A stretch of 64,000 bases of DNA. Source: Sphagnum compactum (lineage: Eukaryota). This document shows positions 12,711 through 25,854 of the stretch, in pieces (position 1 is the stretch's first letter; each line of letters opens with the position of its first letter). The notes under the pieces are model-generated. The model had not been told where the DNA came from, made no database searches, and saw only the letters and a program-made list of their open reading frames with translations. The position numbers were made by a program, and so were the translations under genes. The stretch is taken from NCBI GenBank assembly GCA_965153455.1, contig OZ234493.1, positions 21,194,213 through 21,258,212 on the forward strand, given 5' to 3'.

Positions 12711-15700
12711 TTTTAGTTGCTTGACTTGTCTCATTGCCTACCACAATATTTTTTCCATCACTCTAGTCTTTTCTAATTTTATTTGTACACCACTACCTAA
12801 TTCCATGAGGATGGGTACTTAATTAGACAAGTTATTAGTTTTGGTGGGGGTGATGTAGATGGAATTGAATTTAAATCCAATTTTTTTGGGAAGTCTTTGG
12901 AATTAAAGGATATATAAACCTTAAAAACCAACCTCAAAATTACATTGGAGGTTTTATATATATTTTTAAAACCTTTCCTTATTCCAATAAAACCATATGT
13001 GGTTGAGGGCTTTACATACCCACAAAAGTAAACCTTCAGGGTAAACTAGTCGGTGATCAAACACTTAAACGCTTAGGGCAGGCCAAATCCAAAGGGAGGG
13101 CTCTATTGTTTTTAGTGTCCAAACGAAACTTGAACCCCTCCTATTGACGCATCTAGCACACTAAAAATCATCAAAAACGAAACAAAATTAAGAAAGTCAA
13201 GGCCACCCAAAATAGAGGAGGTCAAGAATTCAAAAAAAAAAACCACCAAAGGCTACAAAGGCCAATTCCCAAACACCCAAAAATTCCTCGTAGGCTGCTT
13301 TGTTGCTATTAGAGTTCAAAGACAATTTGGAAAACTTCAGTTGGCATTCCTATAACACTTTAAATAATTTTAAATGAATAAGAAATAAGAAAGTTATGAG
13401 GTTTGAAAGCAGGAGGGATCCAAAGAGAAAAAAAAAAGAAAAAAAACACGTTTTGTAAGTTGGAAAGCTTATTTTTCTTCTTGTATTTTGTACATTACTC
13501 CTTTTCCTTTGCACACCGAAGATGATTTTTAAAGCTTGAAGTAGCGCTCTGTAACATTTTGAATCAGTCAAAATGAAACACATATGATGAAGATATAAAT
13601 AAGTGTTCGGTTGTAGGCAGGTGATTGGTGGTGGGCCAGTTTACCCTAACTAACCAGAAATTGTTCTTCTCAAAAAGGTCAAAACTGGGTTCAAATTGGA
13701 TCTGGTTCCAGGTTGCAGGTATGGGTCCAACTCTAGTTAGTTTGTGTGGTTATGTTGGTTAGATCTGGTGAGGTGGAGAACTGTTAAGGCTGGTTTTGTG
13801 CCTTCTTCAAATCCAAGAAGGAACTTCAGTCTTTTTTACAGTTCAGATTTGTAGTCCAACCAAAACTGGGGTCTAAATTCAGGTTGGGTTTTGTTAGTAA
13901 TATGCAACAAGTGATAACCAGAACTGGAACTTCTGATTCCAAAACTGGTGCAAAACTGTGGTCCAAATTAGGCCCACTTTACACAAGGAGTCAAGGCCAA
14001 TGTTCAACTCAAATCAAGCAATTCCTATTTGGTGCAAAAGTTTAACTCAGCCCCAAGGGCTTTACACTTGGGAGCCAGTGTTTCTTTTACTGGTGAATTT
14101 TTCGGCAAATTTGAACCCCAAAAAATATGATTTTGACCTATACAAAGGATTTTTTATAGGGAAAAAAAATGACCCAAATTTGCCAGATTTTTTATGGTAA
14201 GTTCCACTTGATAGCCAACAATATAGGAGGATTTTTTTGGGTTTTTTCTACTTTTATATCTAGTAAGTAGCCAAATTTGGCTAAATTAGTTTTTGGACAA
14301 TCATCACTTTGGCTACATCACAAAATCATTAAAAGAAACCCTACTTGGAGCATTCAAATTTAAACAATTATATTCCACTTCAGGGGCATTCACTTAGTTT
14401 GGACAACAAACCCATAAACAAACTCTAGCATTATTTCCCAATATGAACAACTATTAAATACATCTTGGTAGTAAGTAATGATCAATTTTGGACATAACCC
14501 AAACTAACATTTAATTCTTTTGTGAAATATTTTGTTGTGTATCTATCCATTGAGAAGAATTGTCCAAAGAAGGGAGCACCCATGTCAAGTGTAACTCAAT
14601 AAATGCATAGCAATTGGGTAGTGGTGCTTTTGGCCCCTTCCTTCACTCCATATTTTTCTCTCTCATTAGTGGGCCATGCCATGCATTTAGGCAAGCACTT
14701 TGTAATTCATTTGGGTCCCTATACAACACCTTAATGCTTTAAGTAGTTTGGACCTTGTGGTAAGAAATAGGTAACCTTCAACTTTCAAGCACACTTCTAA
14801 AAAGTACTTAACAATTTAGAACTAGTTGAAAGGGTTAGAACTTTAAAAGTTTAGAGAAAGGTCGAAAGAGGTGAAATTAATTCATACTTTTTTAATTTTA
14901 AAGATCCAGTCTAATTAATCTATTGAGTTTTTTAATTTATTTTATTTCTTTAAATTGTAATTTTTGGTTTAGCTCAGTTTTTTTTTTAAAAATTTAGTTT
15001 TCTGATGTTGCTCAAAGTGGAAATAGTCCATAAATATATATAGCCAAATTGGGCAATATTCAAAATATGAAACTATAAACATCTAAAATACCCTATGATA
15101 TTATTGTAAGCAATTTTGGTGAGTTTTTGGCGAGTGTTTATTTATTTATTCTTATTTCTTTGCCAATTTTTACCCAAAAAAAGGGAATTTGTGACAAACT
15201 ATTCTTTTTTTTCAAAATGTTCTTTTTTATTTTACTTCTATAAAATTAATATAATTTTATAAATATTTCACAAATATATATATATATTCATCACAATATA
15301 TAACTAAAAAGTGTACAAATCAAGCTAAAAATAATGCAAATATCATGGCATTGATGATTGCCCTAGTGTATTTTACATCTTTATTTTGTCTCCTGTCACC
15401 CTTTGGGCCTGTTCTCAATTCAATTAAGTTCCATGCCCACACAATCCAACTCTCGCCTTAATGGAAGTCATAATGTGTTTGTGGGAAGGGAGGGTGGGAG
15501 CAGAGGTAATAACTAATAATAATAATACACCCTAAATGGACAATAACTAATAATACAATAGGACAAGCTTGAAAAACTAGTGTATTCACATTTCCTCTTT
15601 GCAATGGATTTTTTTCCCCATTTGTTGAGAAAATAAATAAATAAATAAATAATTCAAAAGATTCTTTATTTTCTTTCACAATATTATTTTCTTTGAAAAT

Positions 15701-18700
15701 TATGTTTTTTAAAAAAATCTCAACATTTTTACAAATATCATAACTAGTGTCAAGGTAGCCAAGGTATTATGGGACCCATTCAATGATAGGAAAATGTATT
15801 ATAAAAGTGGAGTATATTCATTTTTTTACATGTTAAAATAATTTAATAATTTCAATAAGGGCATTTGAATTACAACACAAGTGAGGGAATGGACATCATT
15901 GACAAACTATCGACAATGAACAAACAATATGAGCAGGATTTTATTTAATTTTTCAATTTTTGGTATTGAAATTTTTGCTTTTTTTTCCCCCAAAAATAGC
16001 AAAATTATTCCAAAACACATTTTAAAACACATTTTTTCCAAAATTTTCTCCATTTGATGTAAGCACTTGGCACAAATTGAGCTTGGGAATATCACGACAA
16101 TTTTATATCATGTGGATGATGACCCATCCTTTAAATTTGGTAAATCGATATTGGTGATAATTTCATAAATTATGGTGTGGTGGAAACCTTGGGTACCTTT
16201 ATTTCCTTGCACCCAAGGATGACTACAACCCCAACCACTTATCTACACAAAAAATGAATGAAAAATGTACTACAAATGAAACCTATGTATCTAACAATGG
16301 GGATTCACCATACACTCAAACATGGACAAGACCTTTGTATGAGGGACTACTACCCTACAAATATCTCTTTATGTCAAGTCTTCATTGGCATGTCAATGGC
16401 AAATCCTCTTAAAGCTCTTTGGAATCATGTGTCCCAATTTTTCATCAAGAGTTAGATTTTTTTTGTGGGAAATGATTTTGGATTATACTAAAGAACATTG
16501 AATGTCCCTACATCTCTTTTATTCTTGCACAACCTTGTCTTCTTAAACTTGTGGTATTTTAAAGATGTTGCAGTTTAAGTTTTTATTTTTGTTATTGGTA
16601 GTACATTAAATAAGCAAGTCCTGAGTCAAAATTATTTAAAATTATTTTTAAAATAATTAAAAATAATTTTTATATTCACCCTCCTCCCATTATGTAGGAT
16701 TTGGTCATTACTTGGAAGACCTTCACCATTCAAAGCAATAACTTGATGACTTGTGATGAAGGAATTCAAGTTTTATTTGTTTAATTCTCATCCATTCTTT
16801 TTTGTGTCTTTAATTTATCCTCCATTTTTAAGTTCTTATAAAAGGGGATACATTTTGATACTAGGTAATCATTTTGTAAGAGGGGGAAAAGAAAAAGAAG
16901 ATCCTTTATGATCATCTAGCTTATAGAGATTTTATTATTTATGATCAAATGGTGGACTTAAAAGGCTTTCTAAGTATTTACTATGAAATAGTATACTAAT
17001 TCAATTGTGGGAAAAAAAATTGGAATAAGGAAAAGAGTTTATGTATCTAGTTAATAATAATTGAACAATCGACAAATTGGATTTGGCCATAAACCATTAC
17101 CACAAATAGCTTTCTTTTGAAGGAAGATTAACTCAACTTGCCTTCCATTAATTTTTTTCCCCCATTGTAATATTCCACTTGAGATTCTATTGTATTATTT
17201 TGTTTTCAGCTTTTAATGAATGGGGACTCCAATGGTAATGGGTGCATGGGTGTGGTCCACAATGCCAATGCTTCCATCTTCTCTTCCTTCTCGTGGAGAA
17301 GAAGCAAAGTGTTTTCACAGTCTTTATTTTGGTCCCTTGTACAATTTTGAGGTTTGATTGTCTTACTCCAAACCTTCATGCCATACCTTGAGCTTAAGCC
17401 TCATATTTGAAAACAAACCAAAACCCAATATGGAGGAGTTTTTTGGGGAAGTACCCCACCAAATTAGGGGGAATATATATTTTTCCTTCTATTAAACAAT
17501 ACATGCAAGCCATCGAGATGGAGGAGGGATGGGGGGATGGGTTTAGATGTTAAACAAATGGGATTTCACCAAACTTGAATAAAGATTGTTTTACAACGCA
17601 TTGATTTTATATTTTAAAAATTTCATCAATTTAATAAATCCAAAAAACCATTCTCAAAATTACATTGATGCTTCTATCAAACCAAAAAATAAAAAAAGAA
17701 AAAGATTGGAACCAAATTTGGTAAATAAATTTTGATTTATAAATCAAAATCCACTTGGTAAAAACCCATTAAAAACATGTCACCCTCCAACTTAGGTATT
17801 GGGAAATAAAGTTGCTATTCTTATAGTTGTTATCATAGTGTGATTTGTGAGACCATTCTACTAAAGTAATGACAAGATGCATATTATAATACATTGGACC
17901 ACTCAATTAAAAAGCCATCTTGTGAACATTGTGGAAAATGCAATTTAAGTTTAACAAGAATGCAACTTGCACTCAATTTGTGGTAAGTGTGTGGTTTTTC
18001 TTCTTTTAAAAGGCTAAATTCAGAAAAATACTCTAATGTTTCCAAAACCTAAGTATTTTCATTCGAAAGGATGATTAGTTAAATATTGGTAACCCAATAA
18101 TGGTACCCTTTATCTACACACAAGATACGGTGCATAATTATGGCTACCCACACCTAGCTTAACTTAGGAGAGTTTTCTTTTTTCATGTTTGGATCCAACC
18201 TAGATATCATTTTGTAAAGTATTGATATACCTTTTCATGACATGTAAATCTTCTCAAGATGGTTTTATATTTGACCCAAAAGTATTACAAAAGGCTAGAT
18301 CTATGTGTATATAACACCAATACAAACCAATGTTGGCTAAGTAAATGTATACAAATTAGGTATTGGTATAGGCATTCGACAACTTGTCAATTGTACATAT
18401 CACAATGATATCAATATATAAGCAAATAAATAAATTTAAGATAATGATATGAATATAAGTAGTGAGGAGACCAATATCAACATGTATTGCATATGAATAG
18501 TGGTATTATTATGAAGCACCCATTGTATTTTAATTGTGCTCCATTTTAAATATAGCAAGGTTTATTCATAATTAGGGTTTACAAAAGGACTATCTAATAG
18601 AAAACTGACTGCACAACCTTTCTTTGAGATTTTATCATATTTTTCACATGACAAGCATTACATTAAATAATGCAATTGACTTCTCATATTATATTAAAAC

Positions 18701-19899
18701 CTATTTTTAAAAATTCATCCTATGAAAAATTACCACCACCATACAAATTATTTTAATTTGAACTACTCATTTTTCTCACTTAAATTTGTCTCATGTACAT
18801 TTTATTTTTGTTGGATAAGAAACAAACATGGAATCCTTATTCCTAAAAGTGATGTTCAAATCATCAATGAACCCAACAAATAATCATTTCAAACTGTAGA
18901 AACAATGATTCTACAAAAGTTGGGATTAATCACCCATTTCACAATTCATGGTGTCATGATCAAAAACATAATCTTGACTATCTTCTAACAATAATATGAA
19001 TTGAAAATCAAATTTTAATTGATAATACATAATCATTATCCTAATTTAAATCCATGAACTTCAACACCCACAATATGTACCTTCACTTTTAATGCATACC
19101 AACCTTCCAACAACAAAGGATGTCTAATAATAAATATTGAAGCAAGTCTACCACATCTTGCTTTATCAATTGGTCTAATACTATCACCCCTTGAACCTAT
19201 TGATAGGCAAAATGGTCGCAGGAAGAAAATCAAGAGAAACATTTTCGTAAACAAGTTAAAGCTTCAGGAAGAAATAAGAGAGGAAAAATTGTGAGAAAAG
19301 AGTTGAAAAAAAGAAATAATGAAATAATGAAAGATGTTTATGAGAATGTCAACACACGGAAAGTAAAATGTTGCAAGTTATAATAGTATGAAGTTCTAAA
19401 ATGCAATTGAACACCACATTCAGTGTCCAAGTTTTTCACTAATTTCAATGTTCATTAATTTTTCTTACATATTTTAGTTTTCTTTCGAAATCTATGAAAC
19501 ATGATTGCCATGAATGTTCTACATGTTTTTTGAAAACTAAGTCTTTTGAATGTTGTGCAAATCATGTGTGTTGTGCAACTTATGTCTTGTGTGAAATGTA
19601 AATGCATTATTTTGAAACCTAAACATTTGTGTTTTTTTAAACATACCTAAACATTTGTTTTTGTTGTGCATGCTCGAACATTTGTGTTTGTTGTGCATAC
19701 TTAAGTCATTTTAGGTTTCATCTTTTGGCTATGGTGCATTTTTAAATTTGGATAAACTTTAAATTCCAATTTTTTTCATCCATTGATCCTTTTCGTAGTA
19801 GTACAAACCTCAATTCTCCAAATGCAACAAAACTTATTCTATCACCCAATGTGATCCTAGGTCATATTACATTTGTTTTTGTAAGTAATGCATTTCGAA

Positions 19900-20335
19900 A
19901 AGGAAAGGAGAAAGTTTGTGAGAAAATTATTGCATGCCTTTCTAGAGATCCTATGAAACCCATAGTCAATGAACCAAAGAAGAAAAAGCTGGAAATTCAA
20001 AGTGTAGGGTTTAAAAAGATTAATGGTTGTAAGGTTTATTTGGTTTGAACATGTTTTGGGGGGGGGGATGAGGATGGTGAGGTGCAAGGTTTGCTCCAAG
20101 TTCAAGATAGAGATAAATTGCTAGTTCCAAAGCTTGATTATTTCATCAAGCATTCAAGTTTTTTAAAGTTTTGTGTTGTCAGACCTAGAATGGTTGTTGA
20201 TGCATACTATATGAACCTTAACAATGCACATGTGAAGAATGAAAAAGTGTATGCTTTTATAGGGCATGACATGGTTGTTCATTTAATTGAGATGGTGAGG
20301 AAAGTAAATAAGAAAAAGAAGAAGATTTATTAGAA
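19900..20335 (+). mobile_element. Fragment of the N-terminal Zn-finger-like region of a DNA transposase (hAT-type, tentative)
   Basis: Broken reading ...GEDGEV-(CKVCS)...DRDKLLVPKLDYFIKH...NAHVKNEK has Cys/His spacing resembling hAT N-terminal zinc fingers. Frameshifted. Confidence 0.4.
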
Positions 20336-21877
20336 CTTTGATTATTTTGGATGGATGTGTGCCTTGTTTTCTTTTGGTTGCAAGATTATGCTAGAATTTG
20401 ATTCGATGAAGCTGAATTCCACAAATATGTCTTCCAATTGAAAACAAAAACCAAGGATATAAATTTTGTGTAATGGTTTAAGTGATTTTTATTATGCATG
20501 GTTATGAAACAAAAGCAACATTAATCAACAATTCTTCACATTCAATAAGCACAAAACCTCCTATGTTGAAACATTTGTCATCGCAATTCTACATTGCTCA
20601 AAATCCAATAGCCAATCAAACTTAAATATTGAAAAACAATTTAACCACTCAGACATAAAACACTTAAAAATTTGTCACCAACAAATTATGAACATACATA
20701 CATTATCATAGCCACATCTTTTCTTTTCTTTTTAAAATCCCTACCTAGCTTCGTATCCATCACCCCCGCCCCTCAAGAAAACCACTTCAACATACAATCA
20801 CTCAAAACATTTGTAGCTGACCAACATACATCACAAAATTTGAAAGAAAAAACATTGCCTTGAACTCTCATAACCCCCTAATCCAAGTATTGACTCCAAT
20901 AGTAATAATAAAAAGAAAAACGAATCATCATACCCGTACCTATATCATGGTACATAATACATACCAACTAGCAAATTATGAACAACATTGGTACATAACA
21001 TAAATGTGACTCATAGGCAAATCCAATCTCCAATTATTTCAGTAAACTTTGACAGAATTTCTTACTCTTAATAATTAAAGCCAAATTAACATACCTTTCA
21101 CACCTCATTCATTCACTCAGGCAACTAAGACTCAGGGTTTCTTGTTCTGGCAAATTTTCACCAAATAGCCAAAGAAAGGTAACTATGTTTTGGGGCTTTA
21201 TAAGTCTCCAAATTTCAGAATTTTTTTTTTAAAAATCACCATATTCTACATTAAGTTCCATTAATTAACCCAAACTATAGAAGGATGCTATTTTATTTAT
21301 TTTCTACTTTCATATTTTATAGCCAAATTTGGCTAAATCATCTCATGGATGATTGCCATTCATTCATTCATTCATCCATCCATAACTCTGGTCAAGTTTA
21401 GGTTTTTTTGAAAAGCCTTCACCTGCCTTTCTCACTAGGTACCTATATACGTAACTACCTACCTACTTACCTACCTACCTACCTACCTACCTACCTGTTA
21501 TTTTGGGGCTGGTATGAAATTGGGAGTTTTGACCTAACCATGGTTACAGTTCCACAACGCCGCTGCCGCTCTTGGACTTTCAGCGCGAGGATGAGTCCGT
21601 TGACATGATTGGAGTCAAAGTACGAGTCTGTTGACATTGGATTTGGATCATCGAAGTTAGCAGCTAGTCAACCCATGAGTAGCAATAGCGCTCCTGTTAA
21701 GGAGCATCCAGCAGCAGCAGTAGCAGCAGAGATTCATTCACCCATTTCGTTGATCTAGCTTGCGGTTATGGGGTTTTTTCTTTTCTTAGATTCAGTAGAT
21801 CCGGCACCAACAACATGAGCACCAGCTATAGATGACAAAGATCGTCGACATGGGTGAATTCATCTGAAAATATATAT

Positions 21878-21891
21878 TGTATATATATAAG
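21878..21891 (+). promoter_or_regulatory. Candidate TATA box for the 22211 gene
   Basis: TATATATATAAG lies ~320 bp upstream of the ATG and is followed by CpG-containing, leader-like sequence. Confidence 0.4.
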
Positions 21892-22210
21892 CGTTGGACT
21901 TGAAGATGATCTATATTCACATCAAGAAATTTGCAATAGAACTTGGTTCATAGATTCATTTCCGATCTCTGCAATAACAAGTATAGTATTAATTGATTCA
22001 CGTCCTCCCAGCTGCGAGCGAGCGAGCTTTGCTTCTGATCAGCAGCTTGTAGTTTGTAGCAAATCTGCTGCATCCTGCCAACATATCTGTTTGAGCGCTT
22101 TGCAGGGGTACCAGTTGAGATTATACCTAGCTAGTCGTAGTAGACGACCGTGAGTAGGAGGAGGGCGAGTAGAACTGGAGGATGATCCTGCGGCACCACC
22201 ACCTCACTGC

Positions 22211-22771
22211 ATGATGAAGCTTTCCAATGCTGATGCTGTCGGCGGTGGAGGTAGCTCGTGTGCTCTCCAGCAGCAGCAGCAGCACGGCACGAGCCGGCGC
22301 ATTTGTAAGCTCTTGCAATGGGGCAAGGAACGATACAAACTAGTACTGGTTGTAATCAAGCACCGCAACAAGAAAAAGAGTGTGCACATAGAAAACTTGG
22401 ATGTTGCAAAATTGACCAGGTCGTGTGCAAGGCGTCGACAACCACCCATGACAAGAATCGGGTCGATTCAGATGAAAAATCGCGTCCACGGCTTCCTCAC
22501 GAAACTCAGGGATGCGTACGTGAACATGATGAACAGTGGTGCATCGTCAGGCTACTTGGATGGCGCGGCGGGCATGGTGCTTGTCGATACATGGCAGTTC
22601 CCCATGCAGACGTCGAGCAACCACATGAGCAATAATTCAATGCTGCAGTACTATGATCACAATGCAGAATACGGGGCTGATCTAAAGCTCGTTGCACTGG
22701 ATCAGAGGAGCAGCAACTACCAGGGGATCTGCACGTCGTCATCCTTGTTACACACAAGTATTCTGGAATGA
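22211..22771 (+). CDS. Uncharacterised basic land-plant protein, intronless, 186 aa
   Basis: An ATG-to-TGA ORF in a GC/CpG-rich island. It has W-x3-Y-x-L, a Lys/Arg-rich middle and FLTKLRDAYVNMM, a motif combination I recognise from a family of small uncharacterised plant proteins. Confidence 0.75.
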   Translation: MMKLSNADAVGGGGSSCALQQQQQHGTSRRICKLLQWGKERYKLVLVVIKHRNKKKSVHIENLDVAKLTRSCARRRQPPMTRIGSIQMKNRVHGFLTKLRDAYVNMMNSGASSGYLDGAAGMVLVDTWQFPMQTSSNHMSNNSMLQYYDHNAEYGADLKLVALDQRSSNYQGICTSSSLLHTSILE

Positions 22772-23308
22772 AATTGATCGAAGGTAGCTGCAGGAAGGAA
22801 CATCATAGTACTCATGTGTTCCTCAGGAGGAATTCCATGAAAAAGGGTATCTTATGTATTTCAAGTTAGGCTTTTTACATTTTGCAAGGGTCCTAACTAA
22901 TTATGTTGGCAGTACTCACTTTTCTTAGACTTGTATGCCGGTTTAGCTCAGGAAATTGGTTTTTCTTCACCAAATTTGTGCAGCTTGCCGTGGCTGGTAA
23001 AAGGCGCAACACAGTTGTGCACCTCCAAAAAAGAGTGTAATAAAATTTGAAAATGGCCTTCATTTTTTAAATTATTTTTTTCCCCAAATTTAAAGAACTA
23101 GTCTAGTTTTCAAAAATCTCAAAAAAATAAATAAATAAAATAAAATAAATAAAAATAAAAATAAAAAACCCATCAACTTTTAAGCATATCAATTATGACT
23201 AGGTTCTTATCTCAAAAATATTTGTTCTCAAAACTTTTTTACAAAGGGATCATAAGCTTTTTACCATTAGGTTATAGTCTCACATTGTGTTAACCCTCTC
23301 ATGCGTGA

Positions 23309-23473
23309 AAAGGAATCTCTTATTGCTTTCATCTAAAAACAACACATAATTTTCCAATTTTTTATTAAAATTTTAAAATCATTAGCACATTCAAAGGAAC
23401 ATCTTATTGCTTTCATTTAAAAACAACACATAATATTTCCAATTCTTTAAAAATTAAAATCATTAGCACATTC
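23309..23473. repeat. Two-copy ~84-bp tandem duplication
   Basis: aaaggaa..tcttattgctttcat.taaaaacaacacataat...aaaatcattagcacattc occurs twice. Confidence 0.85.
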
Positions 23474-24074
23474 AATTTTTTTAAGTAAAATTATCATACA
23501 CTCTCAAGTACACAAAGGAAGATGTAGCCTCATGGTAAATGACCTCTTCAATCTAAAAAAAGGTTTTGGATTTGAATTTTCACTAAGGAAGGACATTTAT
23601 ACCTACTATCTCAACATATAAAACTTTAAAGCCTCTTGGAGGTTGAGACTCAAACCTGATGGTGAACCTCATAACCACCCATGGTATCAAGGTTGGGGTC
23701 AAACAAACACTCTAGATGGTTTTTGAAAAAGCAAAGCAATTTTCACCCAAGTTAGAACTCTCAATTCTCATGGAGAGAACCAGCTTGAGAACCAACCTTA
23801 TTTGTGATACCCACCCAACATTTTATTTTTTAAAGGTGATATTTTAAATTGTGATTACCAAAGATGGAATGAAAATTCTGATAAATCATTATGTGCCGTA
23901 AGGCCCTTTGACATGGGCCTTACCATAACAAGACACCCAAGGGCAAGTGCCAAAATTCACAGGCCATCGACCAAGGGCCTTACCCACCACATTATATGCA
24001 ATAGACAATGTGAAGCATTTTTAAGACCTATTCATCATTCACCATTCATCATTCATGTCTCAAACAAAGGGGTG

Positions 24075-24378
24075 TGGCCTTGCCATTTACATTCATTAAA
24101 AGTATTTTAAAAGCAAAAGACGAATTATGCAAACTCAAATATTTCACCATGCAATAATATAATCTTCAAAAAAGCCTCTAAATGAAACCAAAATCCTTCA
24201 AGGTATTATAACTCTATAACTAACCTCAAGTTTCAACACAAGCCAAAATATGATCTTTCAAAAATCCTCATATAAAAATAGACCTATTATTATTACCTAG
24301 CCGGGGCCAAATTCCCTTAAGCTATTATACTCTATAATGAATCGAAACACAAAATCCTTGCCTGGGTAGGCAAGGCCA
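24075..24378. mobile_element. Non-autonomous repeat, copy 2, with a 10-bp inverted repeat and a 3' hairpin
   Basis: TGGCCTTGCC...GGCAAGGCCA is a perfect inverted pair, and CCTTGCCT-GGGT-AGGCAAGG forms a hairpin at the right end. Homologous to 6004-6361. Confidence 0.65.
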
Positions 24379-25420
24379 ACAATGTTGTTGTCTTGGATGT
24401 AGCATATATGAAAGGATAAGTCAGTGAAGCTTATGTTTTGCACAAACAAATGTTGTAGTATTCATACTCATTACATATGCTTGTGTCGTTCCAAGGAAAT
24501 CTGTTGTCCAAGGGCATTACCCTACACAAAAAGATAACTAACCTAGGGCCTTGAATGCAATGGTAAAAGCTAGTATTTATATGGGTGTTATGTATTGGCA
24601 AACTAATAAGAGAAATGATGCATGCAAGACCTATTCCAATGTGGGAATATCCAGATTTTTCATAGTACTAAAATGAACACTCAATTGACATGAATTCAAC
24701 CTTTGCAATACATACCCATTGCCCCAACCAACCCAAACAAAGACATTTGTCCAAAGTTCAATGCAAAACTTCTGAATTGATGAAAAAGCTTTAACAAAGT
24801 TTTTACTCTATTGCAATAAAAGCATTACAAGGATAAGGAGGAAATAAGGGGGAAGTAGGGCAGATCACATGATGAGCAAATGTTGTGAACAAAATATTTT
24901 TTCACGTATCTGTGAGGAACCTGAACATGGATCAATCTTTGGATTTGGCAACTTGGAGCAAGTGTGTTGTACATGTAGACCCCTCTCATGAGTGGAAAAG
25001 CTAGACAGAAAGCATGACAGAATCTAGTGTAACTTGTATAACCACAGTCTGCATTTATTTGAAAGGTTATATAAATGGTTTTTGTGACCTCCAGAATGAA
25101 TCATTCTTTTGTCCTTTTGATTCTGACTTCATTCTCATACAAAAATCTCTGTTTGAATGAGGCATGTGCCAAACAATTGTGTCGTGGGTGGTGACTAGAG
25201 CATTTTAAATTTTGAGGTTGCATCTTGATTGGTGAAATGCAAATGCTCCCACACAAACATGGTCATCTTGTATTTCCTCAATCCCCAAACAGAGTCGACA
25301 AGAATCATAGAGTAATGAATTCATGTGCTCCAAATGAGTGACGGAAAAAGCTAAGGAATTGAAATTGCGTGGACGACTTGTTTTCTCTTATCAAGTTTTT
25401 CTGTCCATGATGTAGGAAAC

Positions 25421-25558
25421 AAGATTGATTGCAAAGGCCACAAAGATGAGACAGAAACACCCAAGTAAAATTGACTGTGAAGGGCACAAAGATGAAACAG
25501 AAACACCCAAGTAAGATTGATTGCAAAGGGCACAAAGATATGACAGAAACGCCCAAGA
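25421..25558. repeat. Three-copy 46-bp tandem repeat downstream of (or in the 3' UTR of) the DUF2945-like gene
   Basis: Unit aagattgattgcaaagg(c/g)cacaaagatga.acagaaacacccaagt, three copies. Confidence 0.9.
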
Positions 25559-25854
25559 CTCAGAAAGGTCCACATATGTATTCCATATGAAACTCTCAGC
25601 ACTCTATTTTACAGATTTGTACATTTGACTTGCATCCCTTCAAGGCAAGCTCTACATAGTAATCAAAGGCAAAACCTGGCATGCATAGATGCTTACATGG
25701 TGTAGTCAACAAGGACAAACCTCATCTGTAGTCTGAGAGGGTTATCTTCTGACTCAATTTTCAACAAACCCTTTGCTTCTTCCATCATCTGACAATCACC
25801 CATCGCATGCACTTCTGTGAAAACCTGAGCCTATACTCTCAAGATTAGAATTTT

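Noticed and set aside
16100-19260. Coding-like fragments (also 32000-34000 and 36100-39400)
   Set aside because: Probably older TE debris, but I could not recognise any diagnostic motif, so no call is made.
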